From positions 3,792,698-3,856,697 of the forward strand of contig OZ037765.1 of assembly GCA_964035545.1 (NCBI GenBank): a DNA stretch of 64,000 nucleotides, read 5' to 3'. Origin of the DNA: Bugula neritina (Eukaryota > Animalia > Bryozoa). The position numbers and the translations under genes were made by a program. Below the pieces are notes generated by a model. It did no database searches. It was given only the letters and a program-made list of their open reading frames with translations, and had not been told where the DNA came from. This document shows, in pieces, positions 1-14,973 of this stretch (positions are counted from its first letter, which is position 1; every line of letters begins with the position of its first letter).

Positions 1-883
1 CAACACAACTCAAACAGTTTATGATATAGCAGTAGCAGCACATTTTTAAGACAATGTTGAATTGTCTTAAAATAATTAATTGCTATGTAATGTTTGTATC
101 TGTTTACTAAAGCTATGTTTGTACTATGTTGTAGTTTTCAAAGTGCCATGTAACTGTTTTGAACGTATACTGTTTGTTTATCAAGCAAGTCAGTTAGCTT
201 TGAGATTTGATAGAATAAAGTGTAGTGACAGTAAGAAAGTTGGTAGCAATTTATTGCAGTAGCCTACTTGTCTATACATCATAACAACATGCTAATTACT
301 ACTAGTTACTACCACTCTTAGTTAGCAAATTAAAGTTTGTTTTAGATACAACAACCCTGTATACTAACTATTACAAGCAAAATAATAAAAATGATTATAA
401 TTATCGTCATGGTTATCATAATGATAATAATCATTTATAATAACTTGTAGGCTTCAGTATCCTCTATTTGAAAAAAAATCACGTAGTTTCTTTTTTCAAC
501 TTCATTAGGTATAAATTTGCATGCTACGTTATTGGGGTTAAATAAGCCACTGGCTTTCTCCCCTTAGCCAACTCTTCCACGTTAAGAAGAGTGGGATACA
601 GGTAAATACAGGTACAATATGGCACTTATATAATTATGTTAATGTAAGTATTAGCACACTAATGCTATATAGCTATAGCATAACCACTGAAAAGTTTATA
701 AATTTATATTTTTAGAAAAATTGGTGTAACATTACCTCTAAAAACAATTTCAAGGTTGTTATAAACAACATTCAAAGGGGTATCATTATATAAAATGTAA
801 AGATTCAAAATTATCTAATAATGTTAATAAACTTCTTTAGCTATTTAGTATATAGTCGAGCTAGTACACGGCATCGATGGGTA

Positions 884-1060
884 TACAATAAAAACTCTAC
901 ATTGAACAATATTTTATTCACTTTAATAATAAAGGTGCACCTTAGATAATAGAGTAATCAGATGAGGAGTTGCCTGTTCGATATGATTATATAAATCATC
1001 TACAATACAATAAAAAATTACATTGAACAATATTTTATTCACGTTAAAATAATAAAGGTG
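884..1060 (+). repeat. Local direct repeat of ~55 bp (884-937 and 1006-1060)
   Basis: TACAATAAAAA..TACATTGAACAATATTTTATTCAC..TAATAAAGGTG occurs twice. Confidence 0.7.
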
Positions 1061-1119
1061 ATACTGTAAGGAGTTTATGTAATATTATATCAAATAGGCA
1101 ACTCCATGTTTTATTACTA

Positions 1120-1465
1120 AGCCTAGGGCCACACGGTGCGTATTTTTGCATGCGAAAATTAAAACCACAAGTAGCGAAGGCGTCCACTGTAGCGTCAGTG
1201 ATGCGTGATAAATAAAGCTTTCATTTTTAAATCGCACTCGCTTTCAATAAAACGCAATTTACTGGAATTTAGCACTAAAGTAACGAAATTGGGCTCGCTT
1301 AATCACTACCAGCCAATTAGGTGACGACGACAGAGACGATTCGCACTTGCGTTGAAAATGCAGAGCGACAAGTGCGAACGTTTTCTCAACGCGCACAGTG
1401 GACACCTTTGCTACTTGTGATTTCAATTTTCGCATGCGAAAATACGCACAGTGTGGCCCTAGGCT
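1120..1465. mobile_element. Non-autonomous DNA transposon (MITE) with ~75-bp terminal inverted repeats
   Basis: Left end AGCCTAGGGCCACACGGTGCGTATTTTTGCATGCGAAAATT... is the near-perfect reverse complement of the right end ...AATTTTCGCATGCGAAAATACGCACAGTGTGGCCCTAGGCT. TA on both sides (1118-1119, 1466-1467) is a possible TSD. No ORF; superfamily not assignable by eye. Confidence 0.85.
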
Positions 1466-2164
1466 TAGTGTTCCACGTATATTAGATGCGGTTTAACTAG
1501 CCTAATGCATCGCCTACTGGCACTCGGACAATGGGATGACTGGTTCACGATAGGAATGGGACTAGTTGCATGAGTTGATTGACAGCCGCTTGGATAGCGT
1601 GCAGTTACCGGAGAGCAGTAGATTAGTGAAGTTGTAATTGTGCTCGTCTGTGATTATGTAATGCTAATATGCTTTTATGTAGTTAGTAAATATTGTATCT
1701 TTAGTATAAACAAATATATATTCTCACTATGAATTAGCAGCATTGCTTCAATCATAATAACCCACAAATAAGTGAAGCACAATACACTTGACTAGCTGCA
1801 TAAAATTAAAAATGGAGTTGTCTTTCCAAAATAAGGATCGCTTCAAAAATTGGGAAACTAGAAGTCATATTCGACATTACTGAATAAATAATTCTTATTG
1901 GTCTGAAAATAAGCGTCTGCTCCAAGTAATCCGTAACGTTATTGGCATTCCGATTCTGTTCGCTTTTAATTTCTATCGAAACTTACTGTATTTAAATAAT
2001 TATATTAGGGTGCCTTCAATATTTTGACCTATTTGAAAATTCTGTACGTAATTTTATTGCTTACGGATTCGAATAAAAGGTAAACATTGAAACACTAGCT
2101 GGTCAGTGAACACGTCATACTGATACTTATAGTTATAGTGATTAACTTAAAGATAATCATCACA

Positions 2165-2545
2165 GTCACTGTCACTTGATCATCATCATCATGAAATTGA
2201 ATATCGATATGAATGTGGATATGATAATCACAATGATAGCTAACTATAGATTGAAGCTCATCATTTATCAAACTAAATCATTCAATATGAATATCAATAT
2301 GGATATGAATATCATCATGATCATTATATTATTATATAATATTAATTAATACCTATAATAATAATTATTATTATTATAATACTAATATTATTACTAATAG
2401 TATTAGTATTACTATTATAATTATTAGTATAAGTATTGCCATACTTAATATTATATAATAATATAAGTTTATTAATTATTTATTATTAGTTTATTAATAT
2501 TACGGAGTAATATTAATAAACTATGTTAATATTATTATTAAATCT
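2165..2545. repeat. Low-complexity (ATC/ATT/AAT)-rich tract
   Basis: Degenerate trinucleotide repeats, almost pure A/T from ~2320. Confidence 0.8.
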
Positions 2546-5500
2546 ACTTGAGCTCAGGAAATACTCAGGTTATTTATGATATTGATATTTAATGTGGTGC
2601 GCTCTTCTACATGCCATCATAGGTTTTGTGACACCTCTAGTGCCAATTCTTCACTATATGTTAATATCAGCCATCCCAAGTTATTGAAATTAGTTGCAAT
2701 GCATATGAAAGTGGTCTTTTTCTCCTGAAAAATTGTTAAATAATTGATAGTGACCGAACAGCCGCTAATTAAATTTGCATGAAACAACCATGCATATGTT
2801 TTCATGATTACTTTTATATTAGCTTACCTTTAATTTCATTGGCCTACATCTCAGTAGAGGAGACCTCTCCAAAATTGGTGTCCTGATCCCTGCAGGTTTA
2901 GAATTCTTTTATAGCGCTATTTGTGAAACTCAATTCCACATTGATGACAAAACCAGCTTCTCTATCTATTGATGAGCAGTAGGTATCAAAATCAACACCA
3001 AATATTCCTTTAAAGCATATCTTTCTCATGTGACGAAAACCTTGACACGTTTGGCTTTGTGTATTCTGTTCTCATGGTAAAAAAGTGAATGTAACTGGCT
3101 CTTGCAGATAAAATGCAGGTGCCCTTGTAGAGTTGTTTGTGATGAGCACTGACCTGCTGCCAACAGATACTAAAAAATTGACCACAAAGTACTGTGTAAT
3201 CATATAATAAAAAACATAAATAAAATTTAATTGTAACATAACTGTTAGCAAAGAAAGATAGTAGGCAACAATAATATACTGCAATTCTATTTTTCACAAA
3301 AATTAGAGCTGGTGTATGAGCTAAGCAAAACTGTTGCAATAGCTAATATATATTGCATGTCTTTAAAAAAGTGATAAAAAATTGAATGATGAAACTCAGT
3401 GAGTCAATTTCTTCATTGCCATAGCACAATTATGTATAGGTAAACAAGATCAAATGCATGCTGCTGATGAAGAATTTTAATATTATTAGACTATGGTAAG
3501 GTTGATTGAAACCTTGCCACACCAATTTGCCTTACAGTGAGGAGTAACTCCTCATCCTTTATATTATCAGGCTAACACTATTCAAGGTTGTTGAGAAAAA
3601 CTTTTGACTTTTCTGCATCTAAGCTCCATACCTCCAATTTCAAATGCTGAGCGGTAGAATTGGCCCCTTGTTGACACAGCCATGCCTTATTAGTTCCTAT
3701 TTCTTAAAAATATCCCCATACTTTATCAGAATGATTACTGCTAAGGCAACAATTTGCTATTCTGTCAGCATTGCTGATTGATGGGTCTGGTGTGCTCTTC
3801 TACATGTCATCATTGGCTTTGTGACACCCCTAGTGGCAATTCTTCACTATATGCTAATATCAGCAATCCCAAGTTATTGAAATCAGTTGCGATGCATATG
3901 AAAGTAGCCTTTTCCCCTTGAACAATAATTGTTGAATAATTGATAGTGAATGAATGCCATGTTGTGACTGAGCAGCTGCTAATTAAACCTTCATGAAACA
4001 ACCATGCATGTGTTTTTATAAATACTTTTATACTAGTTTACCTTTAATTTCTTTGACCTCCATCTTAGTAGATGAGACATCTCCAAAATTGGTGTCCTGA
4101 GCCCGGCAAGTTTAGAATTCTTTCATAGTGCTATTTGTAAAACTCGATTCCACATTGATGGCAAAACCAGCTTCCCTATCTATTGAAGAGCAGTAGGTGG
4201 TATCAATATCAACTCTAAATATTTCTTTAAAACATATCTTTTCCATGTGATAGAAAACTTGAAGGTTCTGGCTTTGTATATTATGTTCTAGTAGAATCAG
4301 TTGCCTTGAAGGTGAATGTAACTGGTTCTCACAGATGAAATTCAGGTGCCCTAGTAGAGTTTTTGACAATGAGCACTGATCAACTGTCAACAGATACTTA
4401 AGAATTGCTCACAAAATATTAAACGTATGATAAAGATGCATGAATAAAGTAAGATCGGTTAGTTTTTTGTAAAGGTATTAAGGTTTCCTCGGCAAATTTG
4501 TTATATATAAGATTTAGTTAGGCTTACGTTTGAAAAGGTTGCTTATGAAGCCAACGTGCTGTTGAGTTTAACATTTAAGCAAAGTTATAGATAAAAATGT
4601 GAATTATGACAGCATAACTGCTGCTGATTACTACGGAAGAGGTTTTGGTCCCATTTCCATTTTTTCAAACCAAAATACTTTCTCCAGACACAGTAGAAGT
4701 AATTAGACAAAGCATAATTCAGAAAGTTTCTCATGTAAATTTTAACAGTGTTGGCAATAGATGTACTTTGTTGAAATGTATCACCTTATGTGCCCTGATA
4801 GATATTCGTAAAATATAATGCAAAAATGTTTGAGAGGGTTTTATTGCATGTGCATAGTTTGTGTTCGTCCCGGTGGATTTAGTGACTAAAATTTTAGCCT
4901 CTTACAGAAACTACTTCTCCTTCCTCACTATATATATCGTGCATAAAGCAAGACAAACTCCCTCTTATTTGTTCATCAAGAATAACCGTGCAGCTCAGCA
5001 TTAAGGGTGGTACTTATACTAGCATTCCTAACTCCACAATCTTGAATCTTGACCTCCATTCTTTGTAGGTTACTGAAATCCTTATCCTGCTTAAGCCATT
5101 TGCAGTTGAATATTTTGATGCAACCTGTAGCGTAAAATTTTATACTGTCGTTGTAAATAAAGCTCATAAATTATATTTTCTTGAAACCTTTTGCAGCATA
5201 GCTAAAAGATATTTTAGTGTTCATGTAAAAATCTGGTAATCCTTGAGAGTGGTGAAGGATTTCCAATAAATTGTTTTGTTCTAGATGTTCTGAAAAATTA
5301 TAAAAACAAACACATTTAATGTAAACTGCATGTTAAATCACACTGGTGGCAAGCCACTAGTTCTAGCTGTTGATATATTATACCAGCATTAAACCACAGT
5401 CTCAAAAAAGTTTTTGGCATTGTGGGTTGCATGACTCGACAGTTTTGGTAAAAATCATTAGCATTTATTGCAGGCTTGTTTTTGTAGAAACTATTGATTA

Positions 5501-8500
5501 AAGATATACTGCATAATTATACTTAAAACTCAACGGTAGGAACCGAAAACCTTAATATCGAGAGTTACTTTAATCTTCGAAATTTAACAATTAAAGTTGA
5601 TTGAACGATAAGACAATGGTAAATCAGTGCAGGCTCCCCTTTATTTGTTTATCTACTATTTTAAGTTCAACAGGGAAGATGATACTTTTGTCTGCATTTA
5701 AGAATCTGCAATTGTGAGTTTCAATCTCTATCCCATTCAGGACCCTTAAGTTGTCAATCATTCGCCATTCACCACTGGGAAGTATCATGCATCCGATTGT
5801 ATAGATTTTCATACTATCATTATAAATCACATTTATCAACTCTTATCTAGTCATAGCCCCTAGCAGCACAGCTAATGTCTATTTTTGCATTCAAGTAAAA
5901 ATCAGGTGAGCCATTTGATTAGTGAGCTATTTCTAGAGATCTGTTTTCCACTGCAGCTAGTAACTAACCTGCATAATGTTCTTTGTATAGAAATATATTA
6001 ATATAATAAATTACATATTCTATATTGTGTATAAAAAATAATAGATATAAAATATAATGATATATTTTTCTACTTACATTCAATGACAAATCCTTTATAT
6101 TATAAGAGTGTATATATACTCATTGTAATAACATAACTGTTTTTAACAATATTACGCAGGCAATGTTCTTGCTAATCTAAATTGATTAAAAATTTCAATC
6201 TTGTATTTAAAAAATTACCATGATAAGTTTAAAAGATGGGCTCAAGTGTGATGAGCAGACTACGCAGTTGCATGATTAAAGTAGATATAAGAAGTCTTGC
6301 AATCTTAAGACCTAAAAGTTGCTGTGTTTCATACTATCTAGTTCTGGCAGTTATATTTTCATAATTTAGCAACTAGGATAGTTTAAAAGCAGTTTACACT
6401 TTGAATAAAAAGTATTACTTTGCCCAGTAGCTTACATACATAAAAAAAAATTTAACATAACTCTCTACATACAATGTTCAAGACTGCACTTATCTAAAGC
6501 CCCTTCTATATTTTAGATAATTTTACAAGATCTGCTCAGCAATAACTGTTATAAAATGCAGTTCAAGATTATTTGAAATTTTGCCAACAACCTAAGTAAC
6601 AGAATATAGCAGATTCAACTATAGAGCTGGCAAGTTTCTAGTACCAAAACTAGAGATTTAAACCAAAACCTTTGAATGAAGATGCGCCCTACCAACTGTA
6701 CAAGTCTAAAACAATTTATGTTTGCTCATGTAAAACTTTATAATCAATTGCAGGTTTAATGTATAAATTGTTAACGCTTATAACTTTTAAAATGACCAAC
6801 CTTCAACTTGCAAAATTTCTATTAGAAAAAAATATCTCTCCTAGATCTTCGTCATAAATAGAACAGCGCAGACTCCCCTTTATTTGTTTATCTACTATTT
6901 TAAGTTCAACAGGGAAGATGATACTTTTGTCTGCATTTAAGAATCTGCAATTGTTAGTTTCAATCTCTATCCCATTCAGGACCCTTAAGTTGTCAATCAT
7001 TCGCCATTCACCACTGGAAAGTATCATGCATCCGGTTGTATAGATTTTCATACTATCATTATAAATCACATTTATCAACTCTTCTCTTGTCATAGCCTCT
7101 AGCAGCACAGCTAATGTCTATTTTTGTATTCAGGTAAAGATCAGGTTAGCCATTTGATTGGTGAGCTATTTCTAGAGATCTGTTTTCCACTGCATAAATC
7201 CTGGCAAGGTTTTACGGTGGCGGAATTTGTCAAAATTTAATGATGATTTGACTAAAGCAGAATTTTGACTGGTGTAATGCTCTCTTGTGCTGGCATTTTG
7301 TTTCCTAGAAGTTTGAGCAGCTTTTCAGCTGTAGCATCTCACTATTTTTTCTGACTTGGCTCCCTCATTTTTCTGATCTTTTTTGCTTTATAGCTGAGTA
7401 GTGATGTCTTTTACAATCGAACTCTCAGACTTGGAAGGTCTATTTTCTAATAATGTTGGTAGTAAAGATGTAATCAGTGAAGCTATCACATTCAATACAG
7501 TCAATTTTTGTTTTTAAAAAGCTTTTACTTTTTGAAGTTATTTCAACAGTGACATATTCACTTTGATATGATTTGAATTTCAAGCCTTGCCGCCAACTAC
7601 CTATCAAAGCTGTTCTAGTTCTACAATGAGCAGCAGCTTTTATAACTCCTGTTGCTGCAGCAGAACCATTAATATTGGCTACTTTTTTTAGCCATCTGAG
7701 ATATTGCTTTTAGAACCAATATAATCAATTTTCCCAAAACTAGTGGAAACCCTATATGTTTGTTTATATATTCGGTTTGCTGAACAACCTTATGAACTAG
7801 AGCTGCCCAATTCATCTATACTTAAGGGTAAATTGAAACGTAATCTACTGCTTTGTACTTATAAAATAGTGTTTGTGTTTCTATTGCTTGCTGTAAATGG
7901 CTAAATTTAAGCATTAGTAGGACTAATATTTTTTATAAATTGTTTTTAAAAAATTGATGTCAGTTGATGAGCTGCAGTCGCTGCAAATTATTTTGCTCCT
8001 TGTTGTGCCTGTTGTATGTGGTAATAGAATTGATTTTATATATTTTTTCTCCAAAAAATTAGGAAGCAAAATATGTAGCTGGAACCCTTTTGACTACAAC
8101 ACAGCAAGGCTACCCAAGAATGCTAAACAGAAATAAAAATCAGTGCAAGCTTATAGATAACTGAAATGTCTAAAGCAGTATTCCTGACAAAGATGACTAA
8201 AATAAGTTTTCTCCTATATAGTTGTGATTTGAGCAGAGCTTTCAGCCTGTTGGTGAATCCATTTTTTTCAGTGTTGCAATTAGTAATCTTGTTTTTGATT
8301 AGCCAATAATTGCACCGCATGATATAATTACGAGATTTGAAAACAGAAACTTTGAGCTACATAATATGTCATTATAAAGATTGGAAAATTTCATTTTCAA
8401 GTGCCTCATGCATACTTTAGGTTCAACATCGTTATTAAAGCTCATAAACCTTATGAAATATTTTGCAATAACATATATACAATGAAATAAATGATGATAT

Positions 8501-9533
8501 AGAATGGCATTTATGTTATTGCAATAAAACATTAATTACGTATCATAGGTAAATGTAAGATCACATGCATGCTGCTAATGAAGAATTTCAATATATATTA
8601 TTAGACTATTGAAGGTTTTGAAGCAGTTGAAACACCAAGTTACCTTATAATGACAAGTAACCCATTATCCTCTACATTACCAGGCCAATGCAGTTTAAAG
8701 TTGAGACAAACTTCTTATTTTAGTGAGTACCACTTCTTTGGATGTAAGCTCCATTCCTCCAATTTCAAGTGCTGAGCAGTGCAATTGACCCCTTATTGAA
8801 GCAGCTATGCCTTCCTAATGTCTATTTCATTACAATATCTCCAGACTTTGTCAGGATGATTTTTACTAAAGCAAAAATTTGTTATTCTGTCAGCATTGCT
8901 GATTGATGGGTCTGGTGTGCTCTTCTACATGCCATCATAGGCTTTGTGACACCCCTAGTGGCAATTCTTGACTATATGTTAATATCAGCCATCCCAAGTT
9001 ATTGAAATTAGTTGCAATGCATATGAAAGTGGTCTTTTTCTCTTGAAAAATTGTTAAATAATTGGTAGTGACCGAACAGCTGCTAATTAAACTTGCATGA
9101 AACAACCATGCATATGTTTTCATGATTACTTTTATATTAGCTTACCTTTAATTTCATTGGCCTTCATCTTAGTAGAGGAGACCTTTCCAAAATTGGTGTC
9201 CTGAGCCCTTCAGGTTTAGAATTGTTTCATAGTGCTATTTGGGAAACTCAATTCCACATTGATGGCAAAACCAGCTTCTCTATCTATTGAAGAGCAGTAG
9301 GTGGTATCAAAATCAACACTAAATATTTCTTTAAAGCATATCTTTTCCATGTGATAAAAACCTTGACACGTCTGGCTTTGTGTATTCTGTTCTCCTGGTA
9401 CAAAAACCTTAAGACTACCATTTTTTCAAAATTTGTTGCATTGCAGGTGAATGTAACTGGTTCCCGAAGATAAAATTCAGGTGCCCTAGTAGAGTTGTAG
9501 CCAATGAGCACTGACTTAAAGTCAACAAATACT

Positions 9534-12500
9534 AAAAAACTGCCCACAAAATATTATGTGTAACCATATAACAAAGAAGCATGGGCACAATTTAATTGTA
9601 GCAAAACTATTAGCCAAAGTAATATAGTAACCAACTATAATATAACTGTACTTCTATTTTCTCCAAGATTAAAGCTAATGTATGGGCTTAGAAAAAGTGC
9701 CCTGCTGTTACAATATAGCTGATGTAATTTGCAGGGTCCTAAATGTTGTATGTTTTCAAAAAATTAATAAAAAATTAAATTGAAACTCAGTGAATCATTT
9801 GTTTTATTGCAATAACATGTTTATCTACGGGTAAAAAGATCAAATGCATGCTGCTAATGGAGAATTGCAATGTTCTTAGACTGTGGAAAGGTTTGACACC
9901 TTGCAACACCAAGTTACCTTACTATGAGGAGTAACCCCTTATCCTCTACATTTTTCGGCCAACACATTTTATAGTTGTCAAGGCAAACTTTTGATTTTAG
10001 TGGTCCTCACTTCTCTGGATGTCAGCTCCATTCCTCCAATTTCAAATGCTGAGCAGTAAAGTTAACCCCTTTTTGAAGCAGCCATGCTTTGTTAATTCCA
10101 ATTCCACTACAATCTCCCTATGCTTTATCATAATGATTGCATCTAAAGCAACTATTTTCTGTTCCGTCAACACTGTTGTTTCGTGGGCTTGGTGTGCTCT
10201 TCTACATCCCATTGTAGGCTTTTTGACACTCCTATAGTGCAAACCTTGCTATATAATATTAGCCACCTCAAGTTTTTTAAATTATTTGCTATGCAAATGA
10301 AAGTGGTCTTTTTCCCTTGAACAATTGTTAAATAATTGATAGTGGATGAATGCCATGTTATGACTGCATGAGCAGCTGCTAATTAAATCTGCTTGAAACA
10401 AAAACGTATTCATTCATGATGAATGTAAGCGAACACTAGCAATTTAATTTCAACATTTAATAATTGTCTAAGTGACCAACCATTGATATTTTGAGAGTTC
10501 AAGCTTAGATGACAGAGCCTCTCCAGCTTTTAACTCAAATACAAAGCAAAACAGACTCCCTTTCCTTTGACTATTGATTAGAAAAGGAGGTTCTAACTTT
10601 CCAACACTTTCGATAGGAAATGATCTGCTTTCCCAGGTTCCATCAATAATTTTGAGACAGCCTGCTTGATAGCTGTTATTTTGTATGTCAATAAATATCA
10701 AATTAAGATATCCAAGTCTTTGAAACATGGCTGCTGTGCAGCTGAAAGATACCAGCTCATTCAGATACACATCTGGGAAACTTGGCATATGTGGCTCAAT
10801 TGTTATGGAGTGGTTGTATACTGCGCCTGAAATCAAATTAATAGGAATATCAATCATTTGCAGGGTCCTAAATGTTGCATGTTAATATGAATTACCTGTA
10901 ATGCAAAAAATATAAATATTTTATAAAAATGGAGGTTGTCTTTTATTTTTAAATTTGACACAAGCTTTGAAACTTTTTTAAATTATAATTTCATACTTCA
11001 AGCATTTTTCCTTTTCCTTTCCTTTGCCCACTCGTGATCATCAGTTTGATAGGGAAAACTATTCTTTCAGCCTCAATCAAAGCCTTACAGTTGTCATTTT
11101 CTATTTGTGTAACTTCTATGCTTGTGGCTACCAGACCAATGCCAGTCACCTCCCAAGCCCCATTATAAACTTTGTTGCACCCTATTTTATAAACTTGCAT
11201 GATGTTATTGTAGGCTAAACTGGATAAACAAGGTTTTGTGAAAAATACTAATTATTGATGTATTGATATTGAATAATATTGGCGGTATACTTTTTATAGC
11301 AGCATAATCAATAATTATTTTTTAGAGAGTTTTATCTGCTATTTATGTGCTGTTTACAAAAAACAGAAATTCTTTATCATCAACACATTGATTTTTCTCC
11401 ATGAATTTGCTTTTTTAAAACTGACCACATTTGGTTAGCTTAAGAGCTTGCACACCAGTACTGCCAGTTGTACTATCTTCACACCTCACTTTACTAAATT
11501 ATTTCCTGGATACTATTAGCAAATAACCCACACTGATTTGTCTCTTGAAGGTTAAAAAGATTTAAAGAATCATATATTCTAGAAGTCATTAAAGTAGCTT
11601 ATAATGATATACAGGGCAAAAATAAAGGATATATATAAAAAGACAAACTATTCTATATATACAAATGCTTTTAAAAATATAAATTTCCCTAACTACAACA
11701 GATTATTAGCCAAAAACCTTTATGGTAGCCAACTATATAGTAATTCTATTTTCTCCAACTTTCATAGCGTCACACTAACTATAGTAGAATTTTCAGCTTC
11801 AAAATGTTGTATACATGTACGATTTCTAAAAATGTAGTTTAGAATATAAGTAATCATGAAAGATCATTATAGAAGCAAATGATTGAGATCAGCTAGACAC
11901 ATAGTTTCAACATTTTTACATTATAGTGGATTTGACCTTATTTAAAGCAAATTTGTTTAGTGGTTTTAAATACCAAATTGTGTATAGAATATGTGTGTAT
12001 TAAGAAAGTAGCAGCAGTTGACCACTTTACAACTATTAAAGTAACTCAGGAAAGTTGATTGGTAGGTTTGGTGTGCTCTTCTACGCGCCATCGTGTGTTT
12101 TTTAGCACCCCTAGTGCCAACCTTGCTATCTCTTAATGTTGGCCATCCCAAGTTACTGAAATTATTTGCAATGTTAATGAAATAGGTCTCCTTCCATTGA
12201 AGAATTGCTGATAAATTGATAGTTGATGAGTGCCATGTTGTGACTGAGCTGCTGCTAATTAAACCTATAAATTTGATGTATAATTCTCAATTGTATAGAA
12301 GACTGGTCACCTAATTTTTTCAAGGGTTCGCATGCACAATATTTGTTGAACTGTTTTAAAACCACACAATAATTTTGTAAGCGTATATGCTTTGTAAAGT
12401 TGTCTTCTTCCAGGCTTTGAATCAATTAAGAAAAAGCTTGGCTAAAATCCAACTTTTGAAATTTTTACTTGAGACTTGCTCTCTTTGCATCCATTTTACA

Positions 12501-14010
12501 AGCTTTAGATTGTTATCTTTTTTCAATTTCCACTCTCAGTGATTTTAAAGTTCAAGACACTAACTTGCCATTTTTTCCCTTGATTGCTTTGATTGCTACA
12601 GCTGTGCTTTGCCATATGTGATTGGTATTTTTAACGAAACCAGACTTGTAGATCTTTCTGCCGTTACTGTACAACAAGTTTTGCTAGATCAATTGTTTTT
12701 TCCATGAAAGTAAAAGCCTTAATTAAATCTCAGTTGCTTTGAACCTCTTTTTATTTGAATGTCACTATGGTAAGCTAGATTGTATGTTGTTGATGCCTGT
12801 CGCAGCACAACTGATCAGGATAGATTATATGTTCATATAGAACTCTTGTGAGCTATAAGGATTATAAATGATTTCCAACGATTTGGTAAAGATACTCAGC
12901 ATTGCACAGTAAGATAATGCTGATATATATCTCTGCTCCATGCTGTTGATGTAATTAATGTAAAACAAAAACATTATAGCCTAAGATGGGTTTAATTAAC
13001 AGTGGATTATAGAAACTCTTCTTTTATAAATTCAAACCTCAACTGTTCTGAAATCACTTCTCCTATGCCATTTCCATATATGCAGTACAGGAAAACACTT
13101 CTGAGATTAACCTTTTCTTTGTTTTGGATCCGACTTGGATTTTGATTTCAAATCCATCCGCTTTGCCACGTGTCAAACAATATTCCGAAGTTACACCAAG
13201 GTTGCCATATTCACCATTTATTTGATGTTGCATTAACAACTCATTTTTGTTCTTCCTAGTCTCATTAGCAATGTTATCTCAACCTGCTTTAAATAAGTCA
13301 TCTCTATTTTTATATTCTAGATATAATAGATACTTCAAATTTATAAAGCTTTGCAATTAGTCATTGTTATTGGTTCATCAAAGTATATGTCCAGGGTGTT
13401 TGCAGTTTGTAGGAAGTATTTAAGCTTAATGGGTGTAGCTAACAAATAATTGAATGATTTTGCATGTTTTAATTTTTTTGTGCAATAACAAGAGGAACTT
13501 AACTGTTGAAAATATCTTCAATTAACTAGTATTTATCTAATGCTTAAAATTCAACAACTAAACTTAAATAAAATATAAAGCAATCATAAACCAGCAATAT
13601 GCAATAGATGTGGTATATGCTGTAATTATGATTTTAATACCGATCAAATGAAGCTATGTGATTTACAAAAAAGTTTCAACTCTAGTCACCAAAAGTGTTG
13701 ATTAATATAATAGATACTGAAGACAGCCACATATCTTCATATTTACCATTGGGAATAGATATTTAAAATTTAGTATCCTTAATATTTGTTAAAGCAGATT
13801 AAAATAATATAATGCTGTTAAAATCAAAATGAACTCAATAGCAATGTAATACTATGTGCAGGCCACATATGAACAATATTTTTGTAATCAGAGTGAAAAA
13901 TTTTATCAATGATTATACTGCATGTCATTTAAAGCCCTATAAAATTTGTTACCTCAATGCCTTTGATTACATCATATCTTAACTGCTCTGGCACAACTTC
14001 TCCTATATCC
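9534..14010 (+). repeat. Segmental duplication copy 1 (paralogue of 21221-26450)
   Basis: Colinear, high-identity match including introns, from AAAAAACTGCCCACAAAA to AACTGCTCTGGCACAACTT; lacks ~660 bp present in copy 2. Confidence 0.93.
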
Positions 14011-14973
14011 TTTTCATATGTAGAGCAAGTAAATACTTCCGATATTGACTTCTTCTTATAGTTATGAAAACTATTATTTCAAAATAACCCTCCACCCTGC
14101 CATGCATATGCGTCAAACAAGCCAAGCTCTGCCACCATTTTTATAGCAGCCTGCCAAAGTACTTGACCATCATCTTTATATTCTAGAGATAAAGAATTTT
14201 ATTTTAAAAACTATGAGCAGTACATGTTACTGTTAGCAGTTCATTTAAGTATATAGCTGGAGCATTTTCTATGTGGTAGGAGATATTCAAACTTCTTGTG
14301 GCTGGAGGTAAAAAATGTGAAAAGATATTATGATGGCTGAACAATGACATACTAAGCCAATTCATTGAGTTGTAATATGTTAAAATAATCATGTTGCTAA
14401 GCTAAATCAGCTAAACAACTTTGATTCATAATATTTTTATAGGTAGCATCAGATATAAGTATCTTGCTGTAGCTTCTAGCTTAATTCAGGTAAGCAACTA
14501 AAACTCCTTTAACAAATACGCCTAATAAAATTAGTGCCGGAATTTTTCATACCCTTGTATCTGGTTGTCTACTAAATTCAGCATTTTAATAAACAATGAC
14601 AAGTTTAGCAGCAAACCGTCAAACTCTTTTTAACAGCTCTGAAGTAGCAAAATTTTATAATGGGCAGTTTGGGCTAGTATGTTATGGAGAATTTTGATTA
14701 GAAACAATTGACCTGTTTGATCAGTAATGAACAGCAGGAGAGTTATGCTCTTAAATTTCAACAAATCAATTTTATTTGCTTTTAATAGTGCCTACCTTAC
14801 CTGCGAGATCATATATATAGAGTAAAACGTTTCTTCAATCTACGAGTTTTTAACTAGGCTTTCTCAACATAAAACTAACGTTTGAAAGCAGCTTTTTTGA
14901 GTTTCCACATGGAATAAAATTTATCATAACCGATGTGTCAAAATTAATTTTATTCAAGTAACTTTAAACCAAC

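Noticed and set aside
11604-11837. Plus-strand ORF conserved in both duplicates (also 23359-23592)
   Set aside because: Conservation is explained by the recent duplication; AT-rich composition and no motifs.
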